Part shown: one piece after another, positions 34,362 through 43,318 of the stretch
Numbering within the stretch: position 1 is the stretch's first letter
Layout: each line of letters begins with the position of its first letter
DNA from: a virus
Virus record (IMG/VR): IMGVR_UViG_3300028840_005911
Span: 64,001-128,000 of that record
Strand: one strand, 5' to 3'
Length of the DNA stretch: 64,000 nt
Notes under the pieces: generated by a model
What the model was told of the DNA's origin: nothing
The model's database searches: none
What the model saw: only the letters and a program-made list of their open reading frames with translations
Translations under genes and position numbers: made by a program

Positions 34362-34547
34362 TCACTCCTCCCTCGCCGCGCGTTCTATACGCAGGCAGAT
34401 ATCGCAACACTCGTTTTCGGGCGGCCTGTCTCCATCAATCATTGCAGTTTTGGGAGCATGGATGAATCGACCACATACTGTGCGACTATTGCACATGCCT
34501 TTTAGGTGCCATTTTGTTCTGCGTCCATTTGCTTTGGTCCATTCCAT
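34362..34547 (-). CDS. small Cys-rich cassette gene
   Basis: Ends RAAREE in the repeat. Confidence 0.55.
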   Translation of the reverse strand: MEWTKANGRRTKWHLKGMCNSRTVCGRFIHAPKTAMIDGDRPPENECCDICLRIERAAREE

Positions 34548-34775
34548 TTAACTCCCCTCCCTCGCCGCTCGATACTTGTTGCGGCACTCGGTGCATCCAT
34601 TTTTCTGCAGATGCCACTCGGTAATCGGGACATCAATATCCCATGAGACGATCTTGTTGCACAATGACATGGTGTCTGCGCCACCACCAAGCCTACGGCC
34701 ACGATCCGTTAGCGGTCTGATATGCCACACGCCGCCAGGCATTGCTACTGATGTCTCGCAGAAAGAATATTCCAT
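34548..34775 (-). CDS. small Cys-rich cassette gene
   Basis: Ends RAAREGS in the repeat. Confidence 0.6.
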   Translation of the reverse strand: MEYSFCETSVAMPGGVWHIRPLTDRGRRLGGGADTMSLCNKIVSWDIDVPITEWHLQKNGCTECRNKYRAAREGS

Positions 34776-34776
34776 C

Positions 34777-34974
34777 TCACTCCTCCCTCGCCGCGCGTTT
34801 GGCTACCATGTTCCAGGCGTCAACAGCTACGGTTTTTCTGTCATCAGATGGGCCGCGAGCACCACAATCAATCGGGTTGCCACACACCACATACCATTCA
34901 TAGTCAAAGCTGTTCTGGTCAACGTCGGCCGGGTTTCCACAGTATGGACACGGTGCTGGTTTCTGGTCGCTCAC
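34777..34974 (-). CDS. Lar-like restriction-alleviation Zn-ribbon protein
   Basis: KPAPCPYCG...VVCG..CGARGP...AVDAWN; GTG start. Confidence 0.6.
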   Translation of the reverse strand: MSDQKPAPCPYCGNPADVDQNSFDYEWYVVCGNPIDCGARGPSDDRKTVAVDAWNMVAKRAAREE

Positions 34975-35150
34975 TTCCCTACCTCCCTCGCCGCGTCTGG
35001 ACCGTCGAGTACTTTGCATAGATAAACTTCAGTCCAGTGCTGCCGAATGCTCTCGTGTAAAGCCTTCGCCATATCGTAATCATCATGCGGGTACACCTGT
35101 GGCTGACAGGTGCTGTCTCCGATGAATACAATCAGGTACTTGATGTTCAT
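34971..35150 (-). CDS. small cassette gene (59 aa, below ORF-track cutoff)
   Basis: MNIKYLIVFIGD...DAAREVGK read by hand. Confidence 0.55.
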   Translation of the reverse strand: MNIKYLIVFIGDSTCQPQVYPHDDYDMAKALHESIRQHWTEVYLCKVLDGPDAAREVGK

Positions 35151-35353
35151 GTTGTCTTCCCCTCCCTCGCCGCGCGTTTGGCAAAAGACAGCGCTTCATC
35201 GAGTGTTCTTATCCCGGCATCATGCATCTCGCGTAACTGCGGAGCAGCCGAACCAAACGGAAAGCATGTGGCGCTCCACAGCAAATCGTTCTTCTCTTGT
35301 TGGGTCAAGTGCGGAAAATATTTGTCCAGAGAATCTTGGCACTCTTTACACAT
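35147..35353 (-). CDS. small cassette gene
   Basis: Ends RAAREGKTT. Confidence 0.55.
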   Translation of the reverse strand: MCKECQDSLDKYFPHLTQQEKNDLLWSATCFPFGSAAPQLREMHDAGIRTLDEALSFAKRAAREGKTT

Positions 35354-35924
35354 TACTGCCCTCCCTCGCCGCGTGGACGGCGGCCTCGATCTCGGCCCAC
35401 GTGAAATGCTTGCGCACGATCCGCGCGTGCTCGATGTGTGCTGCCTCGGCTGCCCTGACCACCCTGGCAGCCTGGGCTACCTCGGCCTCCCCGGCCGCCA
35501 AGGCTGCCCTGACCGCTGCCTTGGCTGTCTCGGCTGTCCCGACTGCCTTGGCGGCCCAGTACGCTGCCTCGGCCGCCAAGGCTGCCCTGACCGCTGCCCT
35601 GGCTCTCCTGGCTACCTCGGCTCGCTTGTCGTCGCTCGCATCACCGCGCGCCCATGCCTCGATGAACACGAGCGCGTCACGTGACTCACGCGGCATCCAC
35701 TCCCACGCGGTGCGCGCGAGTTCGCACGCCAGTGCCGTGCGCCTGCGCTCGTCTGTGATTACGATGTCCACCAGCCAGGCCGACCACTCACCACGCGGGC
35801 ACGCGCGCCAGAGTTTAGACGGGCTCAGCGTTGGATTCTCGCGGATCCATGTCATGGCAGAGTCTGGGCCGTGATCACATGCCCTGTGCTCGACCAAGAA
35901 TCGTATCAGGTCATCTCGTCTCAT
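35346..35924 (-). CDS. Ala-rich repeat protein
   Basis: Internal 28-bp direct repeat GGCCGCCAAGGCTGCCCTGACCGCTGCC; ends HAAREGSNV. Confidence 0.65.
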   Translation of the reverse strand: MRRDDLIRFLVEHRACDHGPDSAMTWIRENPTLSPSKLWRACPRGEWSAWLVDIVITDERRRTALACELARTAWEWMPRESRDALVFIEAWARGDASDDKRAEVARRARAAVRAALAAEAAYWAAKAVGTAETAKAAVRAALAAGEAEVAQAARVVRAAEAAHIEHARIVRKHFTWAEIEAAVHAAREGSNV

Positions 35925-36006
35925 CTATCTTCCCGCACATGAACACTGGTCCATCTGTCGAATCCTTTCCGCATCAACCCACATCCTGTAGGATAGCGCC
36001 ATTTCG

Positions 36007-36189
36007 CTATTCCCCCTCATCGCTTCTCCTCTCGATATCGTCGCATTCTGCGCAAAGGTCTCTGCCCTTCTTGAAAAACCATCCTTCCTTGCGCGCTTCC
36101 TTACGAGCTTTTTGGACGGTGCTGACGCTGTACTGAACCCACCGCTCGCATCTGTCACACCATATCGTTATCTGTTTGGAGCAGCTCAT
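36007..36189 (-). CDS. small Zn-finger protein
   Basis: IWCDRC...GW...DLCAEC. Confidence 0.6.
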   Translation of the reverse strand: MSCSKQITIWCDRCERWVQYSVSTVQKARKEARKEGWFFKKGRDLCAECDDIERRSDEGE

Positions 36190-36248
36190 GGCTTACCCTC
36201 CAGGGCGGCTATCTTACCGAGCAGGCCTGTCTCATGGTAGTTCATGCT

Positions 36249-36578
36249 TCACCCCTGCATAGCCAAGGACAAGGATTTGATAGCTTCCCCCAAGGCCTTG
36301 CGCTTCTTAGGTCCGTATTCTTCCAAGATCTCCGGCCTCCCATCGGCCAGCGCCCTATCCCAATCATCGATAGCCCCCACTAGACCCAGCAGCTTCTCGT
36401 ACAGATCTGGGGCCGCAGTTATCAGTCTGGCATCCTCCAGACGTTCCACAGATGCAATCACCCTCGGGCGGGAGGACGGGGTATTGCCAGTGGTTAGATA
36501 GGCGTAGTCCCCGCCAAGTACGTAGTACTTACCGTCCCCTTCTTTTATAGTCCAGGGTCCATCCTCGTATCCGCTCAT
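36249..36578 (-). CDS. phage protein of the GPW...ARLIxAAPDL type
   Basis: GPWTI...DARLITAAPDLYE. Confidence 0.65.
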   Translation of the reverse strand: MSGYEDGPWTIKEGDGKYYVLGGDYAYLTTGNTPSSRPRVIASVERLEDARLITAAPDLYEKLLGLVGAIDDWDRALADGRPEILEEYGPKKRKALGEAIKSLSLAMQG

Positions 36579-37024
36579 AACGAGGTACCATCGGTTCTAA
36601 CGGTCTCGATGTAGGGACTCGGCGGTCTACAGAATCCGCACCTGTCTGACCATGGCGCATTACCGCATTTGCAGACAGGGCACATCCACCCTTGAGCCGG
36701 CTTCTCCCCGTAGAGTTTCTCCCCCAGACTGTCGAGTTTCTTAACCAGAGGGTTTTCAGGGCAATTCCAGTCATGGCTTTCGTCGGTATTACTGCACCTG
36801 CATGTACTCATCCTGGTCTCCAATTCCTCGATCTTCTTGTCTCTGCTCGAGAGGGCTCTCTCGCGGTCGTAGACGCTGTTATCGCGCATCTCCTCAAACT
36901 CCTCGACTCTCTTTCTTAGAGCCCTGTTCTCGTCCTCGAGCTTGTATATCTTCTTACGCTGTGCTGCCAGCTCGTCCTGAGCAAGTCTAAGGTCTTGAGT
37001 TACCATCGCACAGGCTTCCTGCAC
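36575..37024 (-). CDS. coiled-coil protein with Zn ribbons
   Basis: Heptad region followed by GWMCPVCK. Confidence 0.6.
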   Translation of the reverse strand: MQEACAMVTQDLRLAQDELAAQRKKIYKLEDENRALRKRVEEFEEMRDNSVYDRERALSSRDKKIEELETRMSTCRCSNTDESHDWNCPENPLVKKLDSLGEKLYGEKPAQGWMCPVCKCGNAPWSDRCGFCRPPSPYIETVRTDGTSL

Positions 37025-37165
37025 GCACGGATGGCATCCTCAACCTCGTATAGGTATAGGACCATCTCTTTATCCTCAAACTCGATGCGTATCAGCGTAT
37101 TCGGGGCTTCAGGGTCTCTTTTGAACACCATACGTGGTCCTGTCACATCGTCAACTTCCTCCCCA

Positions 37166-37357
37166 TTAATGGACAGGATGCTGACCCCGGATTTCACTTC
37201 TATCATATCCTCTTTCCCTCCATATCTCTTTGATGAGGTCCTCAAGGGGCGTTGTTTCATCGAGAACGTAAGCTTCTCCTTCACACCAGTCGCAGGTCAG
37301 GGCCTCCTTATCGCCCTCCCACTCATGGTGGCACTCTTTGCAGTGGTATAGCGGCAT
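37166..37357 (-). CDS. small Zn-ribbon protein
   Basis: MPLYHCKECHH...CDWC. Confidence 0.55.
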   Translation of the reverse strand: MPLYHCKECHHEWEGDKEALTCDWCEGEAYVLDETTPLEDLIKEIWRERGYDRSEIRGQHPVH

Positions 37358-37369
37358 GTTTGCCCCCTC

Positions 37370-37897
37370 CTAAAAGCGCTTGTCGCCCGGCATGGGCTGA
37401 CCCTTTCTCTTCTCCTTCAGAATCTTCAAAATCTCCGAATCCTCCTCTTCCTTGATTTCTTTGACCCTCAAGTCATGGATGTCATCGTAGACGTCTGGGC
37501 TATGGTGAGGCCCTTCAGTATCCTTATGACGGATTTTCAGCGCAGATTCACCGTAGGGCCCTCCCTTCTTGTGCGGATGGACATAGCCCAGGTCCTTCTT
37601 CTTGCCGCTCCCGTCTACAAGGAACCCGGCACGGGGATCTACCTTCTCAAGGGTCTTGCCCTCGTCGTTCATGAGGTAACCCATCGTATTGAACTGTGCG
37701 ACGACCAGGTCCTTGCCGGAAGGGGTGTACCTGATAGCACTGACCTGAGCGAATTTCTGCTCCCTGTCAAGATCATTGATGTCAAGATTGAGATGTGGAG
37801 GGTCCTCCACCAGATCCTTGTCCGTCAGCACCGTGACCTTGGAAAGGTTGTCGAGGTAATGCCACGAGCCATTGGGGTTCTGCACCTTCAGAATCAT
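37370..37897 (-). CDS. hypothetical phage protein
   Basis: GGAGG SD. Confidence 0.6.
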   Translation of the reverse strand: MILKVQNPNGSWHYLDNLSKVTVLTDKDLVEDPPHLNLDINDLDREQKFAQVSAIRYTPSGKDLVVAQFNTMGYLMNDEGKTLEKVDPRAGFLVDGSGKKKDLGYVHPHKKGGPYGESALKIRHKDTEGPHHSPDVYDDIHDLRVKEIKEEEDSEILKILKEKRKGQPMPGDKRF

Positions 37898-38029
37898 GTC
37901 TGCCTCCTGTGTCTAGTTGTCTATCTACCTAACTGCCTGGCAGAGATGGTACCATCGACGCTGGCCATTTTCAAAAGATTTACGATATAAGAATTGTGTA
38001 GGAAAGTCTTACTCAAGGAGGGATCTATC

Positions 38030-38308
38030 ATGGGTATGTACGATACGGTTTACTACCACTGCGGGGCCTGTCACAGCAGCATAGAGGTACAGTCGAAGGC
38101 AGGGGAGTGCGGACTCAGGAAGTACAAGAGCAACGACGTGCCCGTGGAAATCGCGGCATCCATCAACGGGAAAGCGGTGGAGTGCGAGGAGTGCGGCGCG
38201 GAGTGGGAAGTGAGGGCCCTCGTATCCACAATGGTGCCAACGATGTTGGTACCCCACGAGCCCGATCTCTACAACGAGTACGACTACGAGATCGAGGAGG
38301 ACTTCTAA
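38030..38308 (+). CDS. Zn-finger phage protein (MGMYD type)
   Basis: TATAAG box at 37986; AAGGAGG SD; CGAC...CEEC. Confidence 0.65.
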   Translation: MGMYDTVYYHCGACHSSIEVQSKAGECGLRKYKSNDVPVEIAASINGKAVECEECGAEWEVRALVSTMVPTMLVPHEPDLYNEYDYEIEEDF

Positions 38309-38481
38309 TGAACCAGTACAACCCACCAAGCACAAAGTGCCCGTACTGTGGGCGCACCGACTGCGGCGTAAGCTCACCGCCATATAGCCACGACCCCTAC
38401 TGGACCTTCTACTGTACCTGCAACGGCAGCCGTAAGGAGTTCAAGACGGACTCAAGCGGTAACGTGGTATGGGACCACTGA
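38308..38481 (+). CDS. small Zn-ribbon protein
   Basis: CPYCG...YCTC. Confidence 0.55.
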   Translation: MNQYNPPSTKCPYCGRTDCGVSSPPYSHDPYWTFYCTCNGSRKEFKTDSSGNVVWDH

Positions 38482-38606
38482 GGTGTCGGAACACGGATGG
38501 TACTGCCCTGATTGCGGAGCGTGGTGCCACTGGATGGAACCTAGATGCTGGGGGTGCGGGTTCGTGAACGACTACACCCCGCAACCACTGCCCAGGAGAT
38601 ATTACG

Positions 38607-39086
38607 ATGATGAACGACCAAGACGAGATTCTTCTCGAGAAGATCGACAAGCTGGAAAAAGAGAACGCTGAGCTGAAGAGGAAGCTCAAAAAGAAGACGC
38701 GGCCCCTGCTCAACTTCAAGGCCTTCGGCAAGTCCGTGAGTGACAGTGAGTGGTGGCTTTTTCCAGGTCTCCCACTCGCGATGATAGTGGTAGCTGCACT
38801 GGTGGTCATCGCTTCAGACGTGCAGAACGCGAAAAGTGTGTCCGCAACCTGCGGGTCAGCTGGTGACTTCTACGTAGTAGGGTGTCGTTACCACGAGGGG
38901 GAATTCAGGGTAATGAGGAAAGTGGCCGGGGGAGACGACGCGAAATACACCAAGTGCGTGAGTTACGTAGAGGCACACGCACTGTTGAAAGGGATTGACC
39001 AGATTCACGAGGAGGAACGCCGTGAAGGAAGCGAGAGAGCTCGACAAGATGCTCGAGGTCAAGGAGAAGTCGCAGACAATAGGTGA
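38607..39086 (+). CDS. membrane-anchored hypothetical protein
   Basis: Coiled coil followed by TM segment WWLFPGLPLAMIVVAALVVIA. Confidence 0.55.
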   Translation: MMNDQDEILLEKIDKLEKENAELKRKLKKKTRPLLNFKAFGKSVSDSEWWLFPGLPLAMIVVAALVVIASDVQNAKSVSATCGSAGDFYVVGCRYHEGEFRVMRKVAGGDDAKYTKCVSYVEAHALLKGIDQIHEEERREGSERARQDARGQGEVADNR

Positions 39087-39187
39087 GTTCCTCGAGTGGC
39101 TCAGGGACACAAGGGGTCTGGCCCCGAAGATGAAGAGAAACTGCCCCGAGTGCTGGAAAGAGTACTACCTGGGATTGGGAGAGTGAC

Positions 39188-39538
39188 ATGGTAGATCAAG
39201 AATGGGAGCCGCCTTCAACCAAAGAGCAGATCGAGAAGGTGCTGAAGGATTACGACATCGAGTTCCTGGACAGTCTCACAGAGTTCAGCGATAGGCTCTA
39301 CGATGAGGTCTGTGGACTGGAGTCATTCGACCTGAGTGAGCTGGCAAACATCATTACCGACTACAAGCTGACCAGGAAGCAGGTCTACGACAAGACGGAT
39401 GTTGCCGTCAACGAGATCCCGCAGCTACCTCAGGTTCAGTACGACACAGCTTCTCAGCTCCGCCAGGCGGCCGATGCCGCCAACAAGCTGGGACTCTACG
39501 ACGCGGCAGACGTCATAAAGGACTGCATAAAGAGATGA
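39188..39538 (+). CDS. hypothetical phage protein
   Basis: GGGAGAG SD. Confidence 0.6.
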   Translation: MVDQEWEPPSTKEQIEKVLKDYDIEFLDSLTEFSDRLYDEVCGLESFDLSELANIITDYKLTRKQVYDKTDVAVNEIPQLPQVQYDTASQLRQAADAANKLGLYDAADVIKDCIKR

Positions 39539-39767
39539 GCTCATCCAAAGTACTGCGCCTAGACTACCCGGGGGTATCCTCCGATTGACATCTCGCTGAT
39601 GATGTCCCACAAAGGGTACGTCGTACTTGGTATCGAGCGTGGCAAGAATGGATACGCCTTTGAAATCACCCCGGCCGGCAGGAAGGCCTATCTCCAGGAG
39701 TTCGAGCCCTATAACGAGGACGAGCCGATCGTGGTAGCAAGGATGCCAGAAAAGGAAGGTACCGAGA

Positions 39768-40220
39768 ATGGTGTGTAAAGACCCGAACCACATGGAAGAG
39801 CCCGTCCTCTGTACTGGATGCGGTGAATGGGCGGAACTCACAGAGTGCCGTAGATGCGATTATTGCGAACAGATGTACTGCAAAGAATGCTTCGTCATCG
39901 AGCCTTGTCTCTGTAAGGAGTGCGAGGAAATAAGAATAGAGGAAGGTGAGGAGATGGAAGACGACATCGCGATCATCTGCCCACACTGTAAACACAACCA
40001 CCATGTTACAGCCGTCGACCTTCCCTTGTACGTGGATGAATATGCACAATTCGATTGCGAGGGGTGCAAGAGGGTCTTCGAAGTCGCCGCTGAGCTCAGC
40101 GTCATATGGTACACAAGACCGATGCAGGAGAAAACCATGGGCGAGCTCAAGAAGGTCGAGCAGCAGATCGAGGAATCCAAGAAGCTGCGTGGCAGGCTCA
40201 AAGAGAAGTACGGACTGTAG
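39768..40220 (+). CDS. Zn-finger protein(s); possible internal start at about 39954
   Basis: Multiple CxxC pairs. Confidence 0.5.
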   Translation: MVCKDPNHMEEPVLCTGCGEWAELTECRRCDYCEQMYCKECFVIEPCLCKECEEIRIEEGEEMEDDIAIICPHCKHNHHVTAVDLPLYVDEYAQFDCEGCKRVFEVAAELSVIWYTRPMQEKTMGELKKVEQQIEESKKLRGRLKEKYGL

Positions 40221-40412
40221 CATGGCTGAAAAATGTCCACACTGTAACGGTACCGGGTACACAGACGGTGTGAAGAGGTACAGTAGCATCTGGGAGTTCT
40301 ACGCTGAGATGCGGCCCAACTACCTGAAGAAGCTCATAGAAGATGGGCAGAAGAAGTTTCTTCAGGTGATTGGGATCAAGCCGGTTAAAGAGCCCAGGAA
40401 AGGAGAACGGCA

Positions 40413-40730
40413 GTGAGCATTGAATGTACGTGCATAAACGTCTACCCTGACCTCGAGTCTCCTGGGTTTCAGACCATCACCGAACGAACGGCGCGCAAAG
40501 AGCACGTATGCTGTGAGTGTGAAGGAGATATCAAGCCGGGAGACAAGTACGAGGAAGTCAGGGGAAAGTGGGATGGGGAGATCCGCGTCTTCAAGACCTG
40601 CATGCCTTGCGTCATCATGTGTGATGACATCTTCTGCGGCTCCCGCCCGCTGGGTGACGCCCACGAGTACATATGGGAAGCGATCGGTGTGGACATCATC
40701 ACCGGGGAAGTGCAGGATGACGACGAATAG
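40413..40730 (+). CDS. Zn-finger phage protein
   Basis: TARKEHVCCECEGDIKPGDKY...FKTCMPC. Confidence 0.65.
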   Translation: MSIECTCINVYPDLESPGFQTITERTARKEHVCCECEGDIKPGDKYEEVRGKWDGEIRVFKTCMPCVIMCDDIFCGSRPLGDAHEYIWEAIGVDIITGEVQDDDE

Positions 40731-40759
40731 TTGAACACCCGACCGGGGTTCGCTACAAT
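40731..40759 (+). promoter_or_regulatory. sigma70-type promoter for tRNA-Asn
   Basis: TTGAAC-N17-TACAAT, six nt upstream of the tRNA. Confidence 0.65.
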
Positions 40760-40765
40760 CGACGC

Positions 40766-40841
40766 GGATCGGTAGTTCAGCTGGTAGAACGCTGGTCTGT
40801 TAAACCAGAAGTCCGAGGTTCAAGTCCTCGCCGATCCGCCA
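40766..40841 (+). tRNA. trnN: tRNA-Asn(GTT)
   Basis: 76-nt cloverleaf: GGATCGG/CCGATCC-G-CCA, CTGGT-CTGTTAA-ACCAG, CGAGG-TTCAAGT-CCTCG. Confidence 0.95.
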
Positions 40842-40887
40842 ATCACTGCTACGCAACAATTCAATCTATAACGTTTGGAGAATACAA

Positions 40888-42888
40888 ATGTTCAAGGATT
40901 TCCAAAAGGCACTCAAGGAGCACTTCCAGGAGATGGACCAGAGGTCACTCTTCCGGGTAGACATCGAGCCGGACAAGCTATGGGAGAAGTACCTGGCCAG
41001 CTTCCCGCCCGGCACCAACGAGGTGTTTCGAGAAAGGACCGAGCACGACTGCTCATGCTGTCGTGCGTTCATCAAGAAGGTAGGCGGGCTGGTCTCCATA
41101 GAGGACAACCAGCTGGTCTCCATTTGGGATGTGGAGGTCGAGGGGTTCTACCAAGAGGTAGCCGACAAGATGGGCAGGATGGTGAGGCGGGCAAAGGTGA
41201 ACGACCTGTTCCTCCACTACGAGAAGGGCGTCGGCACCCTCTCGAATAGGGAGCTGATCGGTGACGAGGTTCACACCTGGAGCCATTTCCACCTGGACCT
41301 GCCGCCCCGGTGCGTGGTCACCAATCAGATTGATCTCAATGCGAAGGTCGGCGAGTACAGGGAGTCCAGGAACGTGTTCAAGAGGGGGCTGGAGGAGCTC
41401 ACGTCCGAGGCTCTGAACATCGTCCTCGACCTTATCGACCAGGACTCTCTGTACCGTGGAGCGGAGTTCAAAACGTCGATCAGCAAGTTCCTGCAGGTCA
41501 AGACTGCTTACGAGAAGCTGCCAAAGAAGAAAAGGGACAACTTCTGCTGGGCCAACGCAGCGCTCCCCTGCTCTCGTCTGAGGAACACGGCCATCGGCCA
41601 GCTGCTCATCAACCTGTCCGATGACATGGACCTGGACACCGCAGTCAAGAAGTACGAGTCCATCGTGGCTCCGGCCAACTACAAGCGTCCCAAGGCCTTG
41701 ATAACGCCCCGCATGATCAAGGACGCCAAGAAGAAGATCGAGGAGCTCGGCATCGAAGAGGCCTTGTACCGTAGGCATGCAACCCTGGATGACGTGAACA
41801 TCAACGACATCCTCTACACGGACAAGTCACTGAAGAAAGAAAAGGACCTGTTCGAGCAGCTGATCGATGACACCCCGGTCAACCTGAAGAAGCTGAGCAA
41901 GGTGGAGGAGATCAGCATCGACGACTTCATCGAGAAGGTCGTCCCGAAGGCGGAGAAGATAGAGCTGCTCGTGGAGAACAGGCACAACAATAACTTCATG
42001 AGCATCTTGGCACCCAAGAACGGGTCTGATGCGAAGATCTTCAAGTGGGACAACCTGTTCAGCTGGTCGTACAACAACAATACCGCCGACTCGATGAAGG
42101 AGCGGGTCAAGAGCATGGGCGGCAACGTTGAGGGCATCCTCCGGTTCAGCCTCCAGTGGAACGAGGACGGTCAGGACCAGAACGACCTGGACGCCCATTG
42201 CAGGGAGCCGGATAGGAACCTGATCTTCTACCAGAACAAAGGGCGAGTCCACAGGTCATCGGGGATGCTGGACGTGGACATCATCACCCCCGGCAAGGAC
42301 GTCGCGGTGGAGAACATCGCTTACACACATCCTGGGAGGATGAAGACCGGTGTGTACACGTTCTTGGTCCACTGCTACAGCTACCATGGAGGCACAGGAG
42401 GCTTCCGGGCAGAGGTAGAGTTCGACGGGGTGATCCACTCGTTCAACTACCCGAAGCCCCTGCGGCAAGACGAGAAGGTCACGGTTGCCCAAGTCAAGAT
42501 GAGCAAGCACGGATTCGAAATGGTCAAGTCCCTGGACTCAATCCAGGAGAACAAGGAGGTATGGGGAGTCACCACGAATCGTTTCCACGAGGTCTCGATG
42601 ATCATGAACTCGCCGAACTTCTGGGACGGGAGCTCCATCGGAAACAAGCACTTCTTCTTCATCCTGAACAAGTGCAGGACTGAGGACAAGATGCGTGGGT
42701 TCTACAACGAGTTCTTGCTCGATGAGCACCTCAAGCATAGGAAGGTTTTCGAAGTGCTTGGCAACGCCCTCAAGGTGGAGCCGAGCGAGCAGCAGCTGAG
42801 TGGTCTGGGGTTCTCCATCACTCAGCGGAATTCAGTCATCTGTCGGGTCTCGGGAAGTTTCTCGAGGACCGTGAAAATCAACTTCTAG
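40888..42888 (+). CDS. large phage protein with YfaP/DUF2135-like C-terminal domain
   Basis: 666 aa; LRFSLQWN...NDLDAHCREP...GMLDVD...VENI motif. Confidence 0.6.
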   Translation: MFKDFQKALKEHFQEMDQRSLFRVDIEPDKLWEKYLASFPPGTNEVFRERTEHDCSCCRAFIKKVGGLVSIEDNQLVSIWDVEVEGFYQEVADKMGRMVRRAKVNDLFLHYEKGVGTLSNRELIGDEVHTWSHFHLDLPPRCVVTNQIDLNAKVGEYRESRNVFKRGLEELTSEALNIVLDLIDQDSLYRGAEFKTSISKFLQVKTAYEKLPKKKRDNFCWANAALPCSRLRNTAIGQLLINLSDDMDLDTAVKKYESIVAPANYKRPKALITPRMIKDAKKKIEELGIEEALYRRHATLDDVNINDILYTDKSLKKEKDLFEQLIDDTPVNLKKLSKVEEISIDDFIEKVVPKAEKIELLVENRHNNNFMSILAPKNGSDAKIFKWDNLFSWSYNNNTADSMKERVKSMGGNVEGILRFSLQWNEDGQDQNDLDAHCREPDRNLIFYQNKGRVHRSSGMLDVDIITPGKDVAVENIAYTHPGRMKTGVYTFLVHCYSYHGGTGGFRAEVEFDGVIHSFNYPKPLRQDEKVTVAQVKMSKHGFEMVKSLDSIQENKEVWGVTTNRFHEVSMIMNSPNFWDGSSIGNKHFFFILNKCRTEDKMRGFYNEFLLDEHLKHRKVFEVLGNALKVEPSEQQLSGLGFSITQRNSVICRVSGSFSRTVKINF

Positions 42889-42903
42889 TTGAAGGAGGGT
42901 AAG

Positions 42904-43278
42904 ATGTTCGAGAAAGCAAGTCGGAAGAAGCTGCGGTTCAAGCACACCAAGGGTATGATCAGTGTCGAGGAGCTGTGGGACCTGCCCCTGAAGCCGGACC
43001 TGGACAACCTGGCGAAGGCCAGCTACCAGAAGCTGCAGAGCTCGGTCAAGAGCTTCGTGGACAAGAGGAAGCCCCGAGAGAACGCCGATGAGCAGCTCAG
43101 GCTGGACCTGCTGAAGCACGTGATCGGGGTCAAGATCGATGAGATCGAGAACGCAGAGAAGCTCGCAGCCAAGAAGGCACAGAAGGAGCGCATCCTGGAC
43201 ATCATCGAGGAGAAGGAGGACGAGAAGCTGGCGTCCAAGAGCGTCAGCGAGCTCAAGAAGATGATCAAGAAGCTGTAG
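42904..43278 (+). CDS. coiled-coil phage protein
   Basis: MFEKASRKKLRF..GMISVEELWDLPL; AAGGAGG SD. Confidence 0.7.
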   Translation: MFEKASRKKLRFKHTKGMISVEELWDLPLKPDLDNLAKASYQKLQSSVKSFVDKRKPRENADEQLRLDLLKHVIGVKIDEIENAEKLAAKKAQKERILDIIEEKEDEKLASKSVSELKKMIKKL

Positions 43279-43283
43279 CTACG

Positions 43284-43314
43284 TAAAAGAAAGGGGTTGA
43301 GCCCCTTTCTTTTA
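43284..43314. terminator. bidirectional terminator
   Basis: TAAAAGAAAGGGG-TTGAG-CCCCTTTCTTTAG between convergent genes. Confidence 0.75.
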
Positions 43315-43318
43315 GCCC

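Larger units (their letters stand above)
34366..35373 (-). repeat. six copies of CGCGGCGAGGGAGG at gene junctions
   Basis: + strand CCTCCCTCGCCGC at about 34367, 34556, 34782, 34982, 35161 and 35360, spaced 180-225 bp. Confidence 0.85.
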
